From the NCBI GenBank assembly GCA_041660105.1, contig JBAZWZ010000002.1, positions 57,964 through 121,963 on the forward strand: a stretch of DNA of 64,000 bases, written 5' to 3'. The notes under the pieces are model-generated. The model saw only the letters and a list, made by a program, of their open reading frames with translations, did not search any database and was not told where the DNA came from. Both the position numbers and the translations under genes were made by a program. Each line of letters begins with the position of its first letter. The first letter of the stretch is position 1. Of the stretch, positions 1 through 9,035 are shown piece by piece. The DNA comes from Minisyncoccota bacterium. GTDB lineage: Bacteria; Patescibacteriota; Minisyncoccia; Phycocordibacterales; UBA1550.

Positions 1-299
1 GTTCCGCTTCTGCATCAGAGATTCTCGCAGGCGCACTTCACGAACAAGGCATCGCAAAGCTCGTCGGAGAGAAGAGTTTTGGAAAAGGCTCAGTGCAGGA
101 AGTGATTGAGATTACTCCCGACACGGCTCTCAAGGTGACCATCGCAAAATGGCTCACCCCAAGTGGTCACTCCATTTCTCAAAACGGCTTGGAGCCTGAT
201 GTAAAAGTAGCCATCACCAAGAAAGATATTGAAAAGAAATTTGACTCGCAGATGGAGAAGGCGGCAGAGATATTACGAGACGCAAACTATAAACTTTAA
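1..299 (+). CDS. C-terminal processing protease, S41 family (3' part; 5' end outside window)
   Basis: Frame 3 translates from the window edge as ASASEILAGALHEQGIAKLVGEKSFGKGSVQEVIE...KWLTPSGHSI, the S41 peptidase catalytic-region signature. The ORF track shows only the Met-initiated tail (93..299). Confidence 0.8.
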   Translation, partial: SASASEILAGALHEQGIAKLVGEKSFGKGSVQEVIEITPDTALKVTIAKWLTPSGHSISQNGLEPDVKVAITKKDIEKKFDSQMEKAAEILRDANYKL

Positions 300-303
300 T
301 CCC

Positions 304-744
304 ATGAAAATTATTTTCCTCAGAGACATTCCACGCATTGGTAAAAAATACGAAACGAAAGAAGTAGCCGACGGGTACGGACGACACCTTATCTCACAGA
401 AGCTCGCCGAACCCGCAACAAAGGAGGTTCTCGCGCGTATCGAACACAAGATGGCAACCGATGCCACAATGAAGAAAGTACATACTGAACTCTTGATGAA
501 AAACCTTGATGCCATCTCCGGCTCGGGTATCACCATCCGTGGCAAAGCGAACGAGAAGGGAAGTCTCTTTGCAAGTATTCACAAAGAAGAAATCCTCGCC
601 GAGCTCAAGCGCGCAACTGGACTCGATATGAACCCCGACTATGTCATCCTCGTACGACCTATCAAAGAAGTCGGCACCTACGACATCCCCGTAATGATCG
701 AGAGTAATCGTGTGACATTCAAGGTGGTGGTGGAGGCAAACTAA
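304..744 (+). CDS. rplI: 50S ribosomal protein L9
   Basis: MKIIFLRDIPRIGKKYETKEVADGYGRHLI matches the L9 N-terminal domain, 147 aa. The ORF-track upstream extension 229..303 is probably not translated. Confidence 0.85.
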   Translation: MKIIFLRDIPRIGKKYETKEVADGYGRHLISQKLAEPATKEVLARIEHKMATDATMKKVHTELLMKNLDAISGSGITIRGKANEKGSLFASIHKEEILAELKRATGLDMNPDYVILVRPIKEVGTYDIPVMIESNRVTFKVVVEAN

Positions 745-756
745 AAGGTATATAAA

Positions 757-784
757 AATAACCTGCATATTGCAGGTTATTTGT
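757..784. terminator. hairpin AAATAACCTGCA-TAT-TGCAGGTTATTT between convergent rplI and a small minus-strand gene
   Basis: Perfect 12-bp inverted repeat with A/T-rich flanks directly after the rplI stop. Confidence 0.5.
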
Positions 785-974
785 TGTCTTCAATAATTTC
801 CCTCATCTGTTTCAGTTGCCCCTCCACTACAAGGACAACATCTCCAACAACAGAACGAGGGTCATGAATACCTTCTTGTACCTGTTTTTTGAGTTTAAGA
901 ATCTCACCCTCGATACGTCCTATCCTAATTTCCAAGCAACAAATAAGTGTCTCCCTATCGTCCATATTTGGCAT
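777..974 (-). CDS. small hypothetical coiled-coil protein (65 aa)
   Basis: Strong SD GGAGGT sits 6 nt before the ATG at 974 (MPNMDDRETL...). The ORF-track version starting at 1049 lacks an RBS. No recognisable family. Confidence 0.45.
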   Translation of the reverse strand: MPNMDDRETLICCLEIRIGRIEGEILKLKKQVQEGIHDPRSVVGDVVLVVEGQLKQMREIIEDNK

Positions 975-1122
975 GATTACCTCCATAAGTAACAATCTGA
1001 AAAAAACTTTACCAATTCTAAGCAAAGTAGTCAACCCCGAACTAGACAAAAATACCGCATCATCACTGTGCGGTATTTTTGTTTGAATGACTTTGAGACC
1101 TTTGACTTTCCGACCTTAGACT

Positions 1123-1395
1123 CTATTTTACGCTCGCTACCTTGCGACGAGTTTTTGTACCGTCGAAGTTTTGCTTGTTTTTCTCAGTAAATTCTACAAC
1201 TCCTTCTTTGAGAGAATAAAGTGTGTGATCCTTGCCGATAGCAACATTTGCTCCGGCGAGAATCTTGGTACCGCGCTGACGCACGATGATTGATCCAGCC
1301 TTCGCAACCTCACCAGCATAAAGCTTGGTACCGAGGTATTGTGGTCCTGAATCTGTTAGGTTTTTGGCGGATCCGCCGGCTTTTCGATGTGCCAT
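1123..1395 (-). CDS. rpmA: 50S ribosomal protein L27
   Basis: MAHRKAGGSAKN...GTKLYAGE is the L27 signature, 90 aa. Confidence 0.9.
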   Translation of the reverse strand: MAHRKAGGSAKNLTDSGPQYLGTKLYAGEVAKAGSIIVRQRGTKILAGANVAIGKDHTLYSLKEGVVEFTEKNKQNFDGTKTRRKVASVK

Positions 1396-1438
1396 GGTTT
1401 AAATTTGGTAAATGTATATAAAACGCCTATAATCTAAT

Positions 1439-1870
1439 GTGATGAGCAGTATACAGCGATTAGTAGAAAAAATCAAGGGCCTTGGGCGTTTTGAAGCCCC
1501 AAATCTGCGAACTATCCCTGATGACCTATTTTTAGGGCTAATTATTATCCTCGTGGCTTTTGGGTCTTTTGGACTCGGTCGACTCTCGAAAATCCAAGGT
1601 TCGAAAACCCCTGTCCGTTTTGAAAATGCGCTCCTTGCGCCAGCCGAATCCGTCACCGCAAAAACTTCAGTGACAAATCAGAGCGCATCAGTTATTGATG
1701 CAACATCAAACAGCACTGACCTCGTCGGGTCCAAAAACGGCACAAAATATTATTATCCTTGGTGCTCTGGTGTAAAAAATATTTTCCCCTCAAACCTCAT
1801 TCACTTCGCATCAAAGTCCGAGGCTGAAGCAAGAGGATATACACCATCTGCGACATGTAAAGGTCTCTAA
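1439..1870 (+). CDS. membrane-anchored protein with C-terminal Ada-like Cys motif
   Basis: N-terminal TM helix. The C-terminus YYYPWCSG...IHFASKSEAEARGYTPSATCKG resembles the Ada N-terminal Zn-binding motif (FYANASEALAAGFRPCKRC). A TATAAT box lies 8 nt upstream of the GTG/ATG, suggesting a leaderless transcript. Confidence 0.5.
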   Translation: MMSSIQRLVEKIKGLGRFEAPNLRTIPDDLFLGLIIILVAFGSFGLGRLSKIQGSKTPVRFENALLAPAESVTAKTSVTNQSASVIDATSNSTDLVGSKNGTKYYYPWCSGVKNIFPSNLIHFASKSEAEARGYTPSATCKGL

Positions 1871-1875
1871 AATAT

Positions 1876-2919
1876 TTGTGCTATACTAGTTTTCTTATGA
1901 CCAACATCGAATCCCTTCACACACATACCACGCTCTCTGACGGGAAACTTTCGCACAAAGAAATGTTTGACCTCGCAGAGTCGCTCGGTGTTTCAGTGAT
2001 TGCATTTACTGATCACGATGCAGTGCCACCACCTGAGATTGTTGCCGAGCTTGAGACACTTCGTGACCGTAAGACAAAGTGGATTATCGGCTCGGAGATT
2101 ACCGCAGGACTTCCAAAGGAACTCGAATCATCAGGAAGTGCATCAATGCATATCATTGGGCTCTTTCTTGACCCAACAAATGAGGCGCTCGTTGTACATT
2201 GCCGTCGCGCTCAAGAAGCACGCATCAAAAGGATGAATTATATTGTGAATAGTCTCAAGAATCTTGGGTTCAATATTTCTGCTGACGACTGTCTCGAAAT
2301 GTCAGGTGGGGAGTCAGTGGGTCGTCCCCACATCGTGCTTGCACTTCAGAAATATCCTGAGAATAATTTGGTGCTTGAGAAAATCCGTCTCGAGATGGCT
2401 GACGAGGCTAGACGCGACTCAGCAATTCAGGAAAAATATACTCATATGATGCAAGTAGGCGAGCGTGAATATCCGTACACACTTTTCCTTACGCCAACAG
2501 CCTTTCGCAATTGCTATATAGAGCCAGAATATATGCCCGACCTCGACGAAGCAGTGAAGCTCATCCGTGACGCGGGTGGTTTAGCATTTCTTGCTCACTA
2601 CTTCACCATCAAATCAAAAATATCGTTGGAATTTCTTGAGAAACTTATAGCGGAAAAAAGATTTGATGGACTCGAGGTTGTGTATGGGCTCCGTGAATAC
2701 GGGACCAATGAGGAAATAGAAATGACGAGACAGAGGGTGGCTGTGCATGAGATTGTAAAACGCCACGGCGCTCTCGCCGCTGGTGGATCCGACGCTCACA
2801 CTCAAGAAGACCTCGAGCGCTATGTGTCCAATGACTGGTTCTCCGGGGAGACGGCGGGTTTCGCTGCAAACATCCTCGCAACAGGTCGCGTGAACAAACA
2901 ATTCTCATCGCTCGAATAG
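1876..2919 (+). CDS. PHP-family metal-dependent phosphoesterase (TrpH/YciV, RNase AM-like)
   Basis: LHTHTTLSDG, GSEI and HIV motifs follow the YciV/TrpH pattern. An alternative start is at 1897 (MTNIESLHTHT). Confidence 0.8.
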   Translation: MCYTSFLMTNIESLHTHTTLSDGKLSHKEMFDLAESLGVSVIAFTDHDAVPPPEIVAELETLRDRKTKWIIGSEITAGLPKELESSGSASMHIIGLFLDPTNEALVVHCRRAQEARIKRMNYIVNSLKNLGFNISADDCLEMSGGESVGRPHIVLALQKYPENNLVLEKIRLEMADEARRDSAIQEKYTHMMQVGEREYPYTLFLTPTAFRNCYIEPEYMPDLDEAVKLIRDAGGLAFLAHYFTIKSKISLEFLEKLIAEKRFDGLEVVYGLREYGTNEEIEMTRQRVAVHEIVKRHGALAAGGSDAHTQEDLERYVSNDWFSGETAGFAANILATGRVNKQFSSLE

Positions 2920-2953
2920 TAATTATCACAAAACGATGGTTTTGGTAATTTCC

Positions 2954-3003
2954 CCCACTAGTGCCGTACTTTATACGATAGTATAAAGTACGGCACTAGT
3001 GGG
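2954..3003. promoter_or_regulatory. perfect 23-bp inverted repeat CCCACTAGTGCCGTACTTTATAC-gata-GTATAAAGTACGGCACTAGTGGG
   Basis: Seen directly in the sequence. It lies between the PHP gene stop (2919) and an extended -10 box (TGATATAAT, about 3036-3046) upstream of the exonuclease gene. It could be a terminator or an operator; there is no T-run after it. Confidence 0.5.
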
Positions 3004-3056
3004 TTAATGTGATGCGAATAAATATTAACAAAGGATTATGATATAATATACACATT

Positions 3057-3644
3057 ATGATTGTCGCAGACATTGAAGCATCGGGGCTCGACTACAACAA
3101 ACACTCACTGCTCAGCATTGGAGCGGTGGACTTTGAAAATCCTGAAAGACAGTTCTATGGAGAATGTCGTATGTGGGACGGTGCAAGCATTATGACTGAC
3201 GCCATTAACGTAAATGGTTTTACAAAAGAAAACTGCGTTGACCCAAGAAAACAATCTCTCGAAGAACTTATGAATAGTTTTTTGAAATGGATTGATGAGG
3301 GCGAGGATAAGACTCTTGCGGGGCAAAACCCATCATTCGATCGCGACTTCCTCAACAACTCATTTGCTCGTGCACACATTGGTTGGCATTTCTCATACCG
3401 CACCCTCGACCTCAACTCAATGGCATATATGGATATGATCAAGCGCGGACTTCCAGTCCAACACAAGAACAACCGCGCCGACTTGAGTCTCGATACCATC
3501 CTCAAATATCTCGGCCTTCCCGAGGAGCCGAAACCTCATCACGGTCTCATGGGTGCAAAGTTGGAAGCCGAAGCATTTTCACGAATCCTCTACGGCAAAA
3601 ATTTGTTACCTGAGTTTGCAGAGTACCCCATCATGCATTCTTAG
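3057..3644 (+). CDS. DEDD-family 3'-5' exonuclease (DnaQ/RNase T-like)
   Basis: ADIEASGL (exo I), HNPSFDRDFL (exo II) and C-terminal H...AL.DA (exo III) motifs. Confidence 0.8.
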   Translation: MIVADIEASGLDYNKHSLLSIGAVDFENPERQFYGECRMWDGASIMTDAINVNGFTKENCVDPRKQSLEELMNSFLKWIDEGEDKTLAGQNPSFDRDFLNNSFARAHIGWHFSYRTLDLNSMAYMDMIKRGLPVQHKNNRADLSLDTILKYLGLPEEPKPHHGLMGAKLEAEAFSRILYGKNLLPEFAEYPIMHS

Positions 3645-3724
3645 TTCTATTTGACGGCGATAGCCCACAATGCTAGGCTTCAAAGAGGTAAGAACATTTC
3701 AATAACTAACGAGGGAGGTGTGTG

Positions 3725-4335
3725 ATGAAGGAACCTAAACGGATGAAAGAGTTGTTCCCCGCAAAGAACCCCGCAAAAGTACGACTCTATGGGGAATTTA
3801 ATGATGAGCTCGAGGAGAGTTTTCACAAGCAACTGAAGGCTAGTTCTGCAAAAGAGGAGCCAGACGGTCTTATGCTTCTTATTGATTCTCAGGGGGGGAA
3901 GCACGAGTTCTTTGGAGTATCGTCAACACACTTCAGAGGCTAGATTTGCCATGCATGGCTGTCGCAGAAAATGAAGCGTATTCTTGCGCTGCACAACTTC
4001 TGCTCTGGTGCCAGTACCGAGTTGCTGTGCCATTCGCAAATTTTATTTTTCACAATGCGAGTTACCCAATAAAAGGGGTAGACATACTTAGTGACGATGT
4101 CTTGTCAGTTATTGTCGAGAATCATCGCGCCCAAGAAAGAGCACTGCTTAAACAGTTTACACAAGCAACTGGACAGCCTCTGCGTCTTGCACGTGCTGTA
4201 TATTCCTCGGAGACACCGATGATTGCCACTCGCGCACTCGAGCTTGGTATCGTTCATGAAATAACCGAAAAGAGTTTCGCTATTGATGAGGATGACTGCG
4301 GTCTCGTCCTTGTCCCTGAAACCCCCGCCAAGTAA
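3725..4335 (+). pseudogene. ClpP-like serine peptidase (S14 fold) interrupted by a -1 frameshift inside a G7 run (3892-3898)
   Basis: Frame 2 reads ...VRLYGEFNDELEESFHKQLKASSAKEEPDGLMLLIDSQGG and then hits a stop after 15 more codons. Frame 1 continues EARVLWSIVNTLQRLDLPCMAVAENEAYSCAAQLLL...FIFHNA, which aligns residue for residue with ClpP ...[42 protein letters not shown]...MIHQP. The Ser and His positions are conserved. A G8 run would restore the frame. SD GGAGG sits 7 nt before the ATG at 3725. Confidence 0.6.
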
Positions 4336-4356
4336 GGCGGGGGTTTTTCTTTTTTA
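4322..4356 (+). terminator. rho-independent terminator CCCCCGCC-aagtaa-GGCGGGGG plus T-run
   Basis: The hairpin overlaps the ClpP-like stop codon and is followed by TTTTTCTTTTTT. Confidence 0.6.
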
Positions 4357-4372
4357 TGGTAATATAAAAATA

Positions 4373-6268
4373 ATGTGTGGCATTGTTGCAATCATCACGA
4401 GTAGAAAACGAAATCTCGTCCCTGAGATTGTTTCGTCGCTCAAAAATCTTGAATACCGTGGCTACGACAGCTCGGGTATTGCCATTCTTGACCAAGGAAA
4501 GATCAAGCGTGTTCGCCGTGTTGGTGCGCCGAGTGATGTTTTTCCGCCTGATGAAATCACAAATGAACTCGCTGTCAGCGATTTAGGATTCTCTCTTGCT
4601 CTCGGACACAACCGCTGGGCGACACACGGGAAGCCCTCACTTGGAAACGCTCACCCGCATTTTGATTGTGCTGGTGAAATCGCTGTGGTTCACAATGGAA
4701 CTATCCTCAATCACGAAACCTTAAAACAAGAGCTCGTGAAGCTCGGACACACTTTTACTTCGACGACCGATACGGAGGTCGTCCCGCATATGATAGAGCA
4801 GAAAATGAAAGAGGGCTTATCTCTTAAAGATGCCTTTCTTGACACCGCAGCGCTTCTCGAGGGGAGCTTTGGACTTGCTGTCATCTCTACAAAAGAGCCA
4901 GGAAAACTTTTTATCGTTAAGCGCGGAAGTCCACTGCTCTTTGGCATTTTGAAAAACACCATCATCGCTGCGTCGAGCTCAAATGCAATTCTTTCATACA
5001 CCAACACATTCATTCCGCTTACCGATTGCGAATATGCTGAGTTTGCTATTGAGGGCGATGAGGTGACCTATCGCATCGGCACCACCTTCAACAAGAACCA
5101 GACCATCAACAAACCAGTGGAAACAATTACCGACCACTCACTCGCTGATATTTCAAAAGGTGGCTACGACTCATTTATGAAAAAAGAAATCCACGCACAG
5201 CCTTCTGTTTTTCGTACGACCATTCTCGGACGCTACGACGAGAAAACAGGAGACGCTGTCTTGGGTGGACTCATTGACCACGAAGACACGTTGAGGAGCG
5301 CGAAAGCAATCCTCACTGTTGCGTGTGGCACCGCACACAACGCATCCCTCGTTGGCGGAGCGCTCATCGAGACACTTGCGGGTATCCCCGTGAGAAGCGA
5401 AATTGCGTCGGAATTTCGCTATAAGAAAGTTCCTCTCGACCCAAAAGACACGATAATCCTTGCCACAAGTCAGTCAGGCGAAACAGCAGACACCCTCGAG
5501 TCAATCAAGGAGGCGAAGAGAAAAGGGTATAAAACATTTGGTATCGTAAACGTCGTCGGCAGCGCCATAGCCGAAGAAGTCGACGCGGGAGTATACGCGC
5601 GCGCTGGTGTCGAAGTGGGGGTCGCCTCCACAAAAGCTTTCACGGCGCAACTCGCAATATTTTATTTGCTCGCGATAAAATTTGCACGCGAGCGGGGGAT
5701 GACGGCCCAAGAAGGTCGCGCGCTCATCGCAGAGCTTGAGCAAATCCCTGAGCTTATGATGAAGACTCTTGCTGACACAGAAAAGAGAGTGATTGCCCTC
5801 ACAGAGCGCTACACGGCAAAAAATATTCGTGTGATTAATTTCCTCGGGCGTGGTATCAATGTGCACGTAGCCACCGAAGCAGCGCTCAAGTTTAAGGAAC
5901 TCACATACCTCGAAGCAGGAAGCTATCCGCTTGGCGAGCTCAAGCATGGGCCTATCGCTGTCATTGATGAAAATTCCGTCTCGGTGATCCTTATGCCGCA
6001 CGACGAACTCTTTGCGCAAAACAAAAATTCGCTTGAGCAAATCCTCTCCAAGAATGGCAATGTCATCGTCATCACTGACGAACTCGGCGCGCAAAATCTC
6101 AAAGAACAAAATGTCGACATCATCACCATCCCCACACTCAAGCATTCACTCATGTACCCACTTCTTGAGATTCTTCCCCTTCAACTTTTCGCCTATCACT
6201 ACGCAGTCGCTCTCGGAAACAATGTCGACAAACCCCGTAACCTTGCAAAATCAGTGACGGTGGAGTAA
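4373..6268 (+). CDS. glmS: glutamine--fructose-6-phosphate aminotransferase
   Basis: MCGIVAI... gives the N-terminal nucleophile Cys. SIS domains are present and the C-terminus reads DKPRNLAKSVTVE. Confidence 0.9.
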   Translation: MCGIVAIITSRKRNLVPEIVSSLKNLEYRGYDSSGIAILDQGKIKRVRRVGAPSDVFPPDEITNELAVSDLGFSLALGHNRWATHGKPSLGNAHPHFDCAGEIAVVHNGTILNHETLKQELVKLGHTFTSTTDTEVVPHMIEQKMKEGLSLKDAFLDTAALLEGSFGLAVISTKEPGKLFIVKRGSPLLFGILKNTIIAASSSNAILSYTNTFIPLTDCEYAEFAIEGDEVTYRIGTTFNKNQTINKPVETITDHSLADISKGGYDSFMKKEIHAQPSVFRTTILGRYDEKTGDAVLGGLIDHEDTLRSAKAILTVACGTAHNASLVGGALIETLAGIPVRSEIASEFRYKKVPLDPKDTIILATSQSGETADTLESIKEAKRKGYKTFGIVNVVGSAIAEEVDAGVYARAGVEVGVASTKAFTAQLAIFYLLAIKFARERGMTAQEGRALIAELEQIPELMMKTLADTEKRVIALTERYTAKNIRVINFLGRGINVHVATEAALKFKELTYLEAGSYPLGELKHGPIAVIDENSVSVILMPHDELFAQNKNSLEQILSKNGNVIVITDELGAQNLKEQNVDIITIPTLKHSLMYPLLEILPLQLFAYHYAVALGNNVDKPRNLAKSVTVE

Positions 6269-6316
6269 AACTAGGCACAATCTACTATTCTGCGCATGTG
6301 CTAAAATAGGGGAATT

Positions 6317-7147
6317 ATGGCGAAACAGCCCAAACTTAGTCCTAGGCAGATAATGTTCTTCCAGGCTCAAATTTGGGCCTTTTACGGGGTATCAGGCAGG
6401 AGGAATCTACCTTGGCGAAAGACAAAAAACCCTTACAAAATAATGGTTTCTGAAGTAATGCTTCAGCAGACGCAGGTCTCGCGCGTACTCGTAAAATATC
6501 CTGAATTTTTAAAGGCTTTTCCGACTGTTGAGACACTCGCAAAAGCACCTTTATCTCAAGTCCTCAAAGTCTGGCAGGGGATGGGGTACAACCGTCGCGC
6601 GCTCGCGCTCAAGCGTATGGCGGAAAAAATAGTTGCTGATTTCAATGGAAAAGTTCCACGAGCGCGACTCGACCTCGAATCACTTCCTGGAGTCGGCCCA
6701 TACACCGCAGGCGCCGTGCGTGCGTTTGCATTTAACGAGCCAGAAATATTTATTGAGACAAATATCCGTAGAATTTTCATTCATCATTTTTTCATAGACA
6801 AAGAGGGAATTAGCGATCGAGAAATTTATCCACTCGTCGAAACTACCCTCGACACAAACAATCCGCGCGAGTGGTACTGGGCACTTATGGACTACGGATC
6901 ACACTTACCAAAGATTGCGCGCAAAAATTCAAATACACAAAGCAAACACTATGTAAGGCAAAGCAAGTTTAAGGGTTCTCTCCGTGAGCTCCGCGGGAAA
7001 ATAATACGCGCGCTTGGAGACAAGCCGCAAACTCTTGTATCACTCAAGCGCGCATGCAACAATGACACAAGGATAAAAGAGGCACTGGACGCACTCACAA
7101 AAGATGGCCTCATCACCTATGAAAAAAGAAAATACCAACTTGCCTAA
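6317..7147 (+). CDS. HhH-GPD DNA glycosylase, MutY-like, lacking the Fe-S cluster loop
   Basis: LPWRKTKNPYKIMVSEVMLQQTQV and GVGPYTAGAV match the MutY catalytic domain. No Cys4 cluster and no NUDIX-like C-terminal domain follow. The MutY catalytic Asp position reads E (IETNI). Confidence 0.7.
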   Translation: MAKQPKLSPRQIMFFQAQIWAFYGVSGRRNLPWRKTKNPYKIMVSEVMLQQTQVSRVLVKYPEFLKAFPTVETLAKAPLSQVLKVWQGMGYNRRALALKRMAEKIVADFNGKVPRARLDLESLPGVGPYTAGAVRAFAFNEPEIFIETNIRRIFIHHFFIDKEGISDREIYPLVETTLDTNNPREWYWALMDYGSHLPKIARKNSNTQSKHYVRQSKFKGSLRELRGKIIRALGDKPQTLVSLKRACNNDTRIKEALDALTKDGLITYEKRKYQLA

Positions 7148-7751
7148 GATTTTGAGAACACTCAAAATACTTTACCCTAACCCCGCATGCGCCCTTCACT
7201 ACACGAAGCCGTGGGAGCTTCTCGTTGCGGTCATTCTTTCTGCACAGTGTACTGATAAAAAAGTGAATGAAGTTACAAAGGTATTATTCAAAAAATACAA
7301 AACGCTTGATGATTATGTCGCCGCAAAACCTGCAGAGTTTGAACAAGATATTCATGCGACAGGATTTTATCGCGCAAAGACAAAAAATATTCTTGCTGCG
7401 GCAAAAGTTTTGAAATATGATTTCGGTGGAAAAATCCCAAAGACAATGAGTGAGATGATCACTATCCCTGGCGTCGGCAGGAAAACTGCCAACGTGGTCT
7501 TGGGTGAGCTCTACGGCACCGCAGAAGGAATCGCAGTCGACACCCACGTTATTCGTTTGTCACAACTCTTTGGATTGACAAAGAACACCGACGCAACCAA
7601 AATAGAGCAGAACCTGATGCAGATTGTTCCCAAAAAAGATTGGGTGAGTTTTTCGCATATGCTCATCCTCTATGGACGCGAGCACTGCACCGCGCGTTGT
7701 AAACACACTGACTGCCCACTGAAAGATTTTGTAATACGTGCTAATATGTAA
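7119..7751 (+). CDS. nth: endonuclease III
   Basis: ELLVAVILSAQCTD, GVGRKTANVV, DTHV and the C-terminal C-x6-C-x2-C-x5-C (CTARCKHTDCPL) motifs. The start overlaps the preceding gene. Confidence 0.85.
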   Translation: MKKENTNLPKILRTLKILYPNPACALHYTKPWELLVAVILSAQCTDKKVNEVTKVLFKKYKTLDDYVAAKPAEFEQDIHATGFYRAKTKNILAAAKVLKYDFGGKIPKTMSEMITIPGVGRKTANVVLGELYGTAEGIAVDTHVIRLSQLFGLTKNTDATKIEQNLMQIVPKKDWVSFSHMLILYGREHCTARCKHTDCPLKDFVIRANM

Positions 7752-7758
7752 GGACTTT

Positions 7759-8958
7759 ATGGAAACCTCAGACCATTTACTTACAAACAAGGAGCTTCGA
7801 AGGGGATTTTTTGGCCTCTACTTTGGTCGCATGGCGATGTCTGTCGCAAACGGCCTTATTGGAATATTTCTTCCTATTTTTCTCTACAACCTTCTCGACG
7901 GAAATGTATCCCTCATAATGCTTTATTATGGGCTAACAGGACTCGCGTATGTTTTCCTTGTAGCATTTGGCGCACAGTTTCTCAACAAATTTGGATTTCG
8001 CAGATCTCTCGTTCTCGGAAGTTTTTTGGCAGCGGTGGTCAACGCAGCATATTTTTTTGTTACAAAAGAAAATGCCTTTCTGCTTTTGTCATGCTCGCTT
8101 GTTGCGCTCGTACTCTTTCGAATGTTCTTTTGGATTCCGTTCCATGTCGACTTTGCAATTTTTACCAACAAGGGAAAGAAGGGTGGGCAAGTGGGGCTTA
8201 TGCTTGGAACAATGACGCTCGTCGGCATCGCAGGGCCTATGATCGCAGGATACATCATTCAAAACTGGTCGATGCAAGTGCTCTTTTTTATCGGAGTCTT
8301 GGTTTATATATTAAGTATGATTCCGTTCAAGATGGTGCCACGCACCAATGAGCGTTTCAGCTGGACCTACAAAAAAGTATGGCAAGAACTTTTTGCAAAA
8401 AAGAATAGGGGAATCGTGTGGGCATCGGTAGCAGTAGGAGCTGAGGATATCATCGGCTTTACAATCTGGCCTATCTTTATTTTCGTACTACTCAAGGGCA
8501 ACTATTTTCAGGTTGGTGCACTCGAAAGTTTTATTGTTGGGATCACCGTGCTCTTGCAACTAATGTTCGGTCGCTACCTTGACCGCATAGAGAAGAAACA
8601 CAGAACACTCAGGATGAGTAGCGTCCTATATGCGTTCGGATGGATTATCAAAATTTTTGTTGCAACCGCAGCCCAAGTATTTGTCGTTGGACTCTACCAC
8701 AGGATAACCAAAGTGCTGACTGACACTTCATATGATGCTATCTTTTACGAGACAGCAGCGGACCAAGGGCACTACGTAGATGAGTATACCGTCCTGAGTG
8801 AAATGGCAATAAACATCGGGAGGGTAGTCGGGACTGGAGCAGTAGCAATCCTTTTGGTATTTTTGAGCCTCAAGTGGACATTCATCGTTGGGGCTGCAGC
8901 TTCGCTCGTATTTATTACGCTTTCTGCAACGCATCAGATGAACGAGAAGCGCGCTTAA
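7759..8958 (+). CDS. MFS-type transporter (multi-TM)
   Basis: About 12 predicted hydrophobic helices and a GRxxDR-like loop (GRYLDRIEKK). Confidence 0.6.
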   Translation: METSDHLLTNKELRRGFFGLYFGRMAMSVANGLIGIFLPIFLYNLLDGNVSLIMLYYGLTGLAYVFLVAFGAQFLNKFGFRRSLVLGSFLAAVVNAAYFFVTKENAFLLLSCSLVALVLFRMFFWIPFHVDFAIFTNKGKKGGQVGLMLGTMTLVGIAGPMIAGYIIQNWSMQVLFFIGVLVYILSMIPFKMVPRTNERFSWTYKKVWQELFAKKNRGIVWASVAVGAEDIIGFTIWPIFIFVLLKGNYFQVGALESFIVGITVLLQLMFGRYLDRIEKKHRTLRMSSVLYAFGWIIKIFVATAAQVFVVGLYHRITKVLTDTSYDAIFYETAADQGHYVDEYTVLSEMAINIGRVVGTGAVAILLVFLSLKWTFIVGAAASLVFITLSATHQMNEKRA

Positions 8959-9035
8959 ACCAACGCCTTGGTGGTGGGTATTGATACTGAAGGGGGAAAG
9001 GGCTCTATTCTATATGTATGCGGGATATACGTACG

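Noticed and set aside
229-303. ORF-track N-terminal extension of rplI (MKRNLTRRWRRRQRYYETQTINFNP...)
   Set aside because: The extension overlaps the 3' end of the S41 protease gene in another frame and is Arg-rich junk. The conserved L9 N-terminus begins at the ATG at 304.
5501-6145. 214-aa antisense ORF inside glmS
   Set aside because: It lies wholly inside the confidently identified glmS coding sequence on the opposite strand and has no recognisable motifs. It is a shadow ORF.
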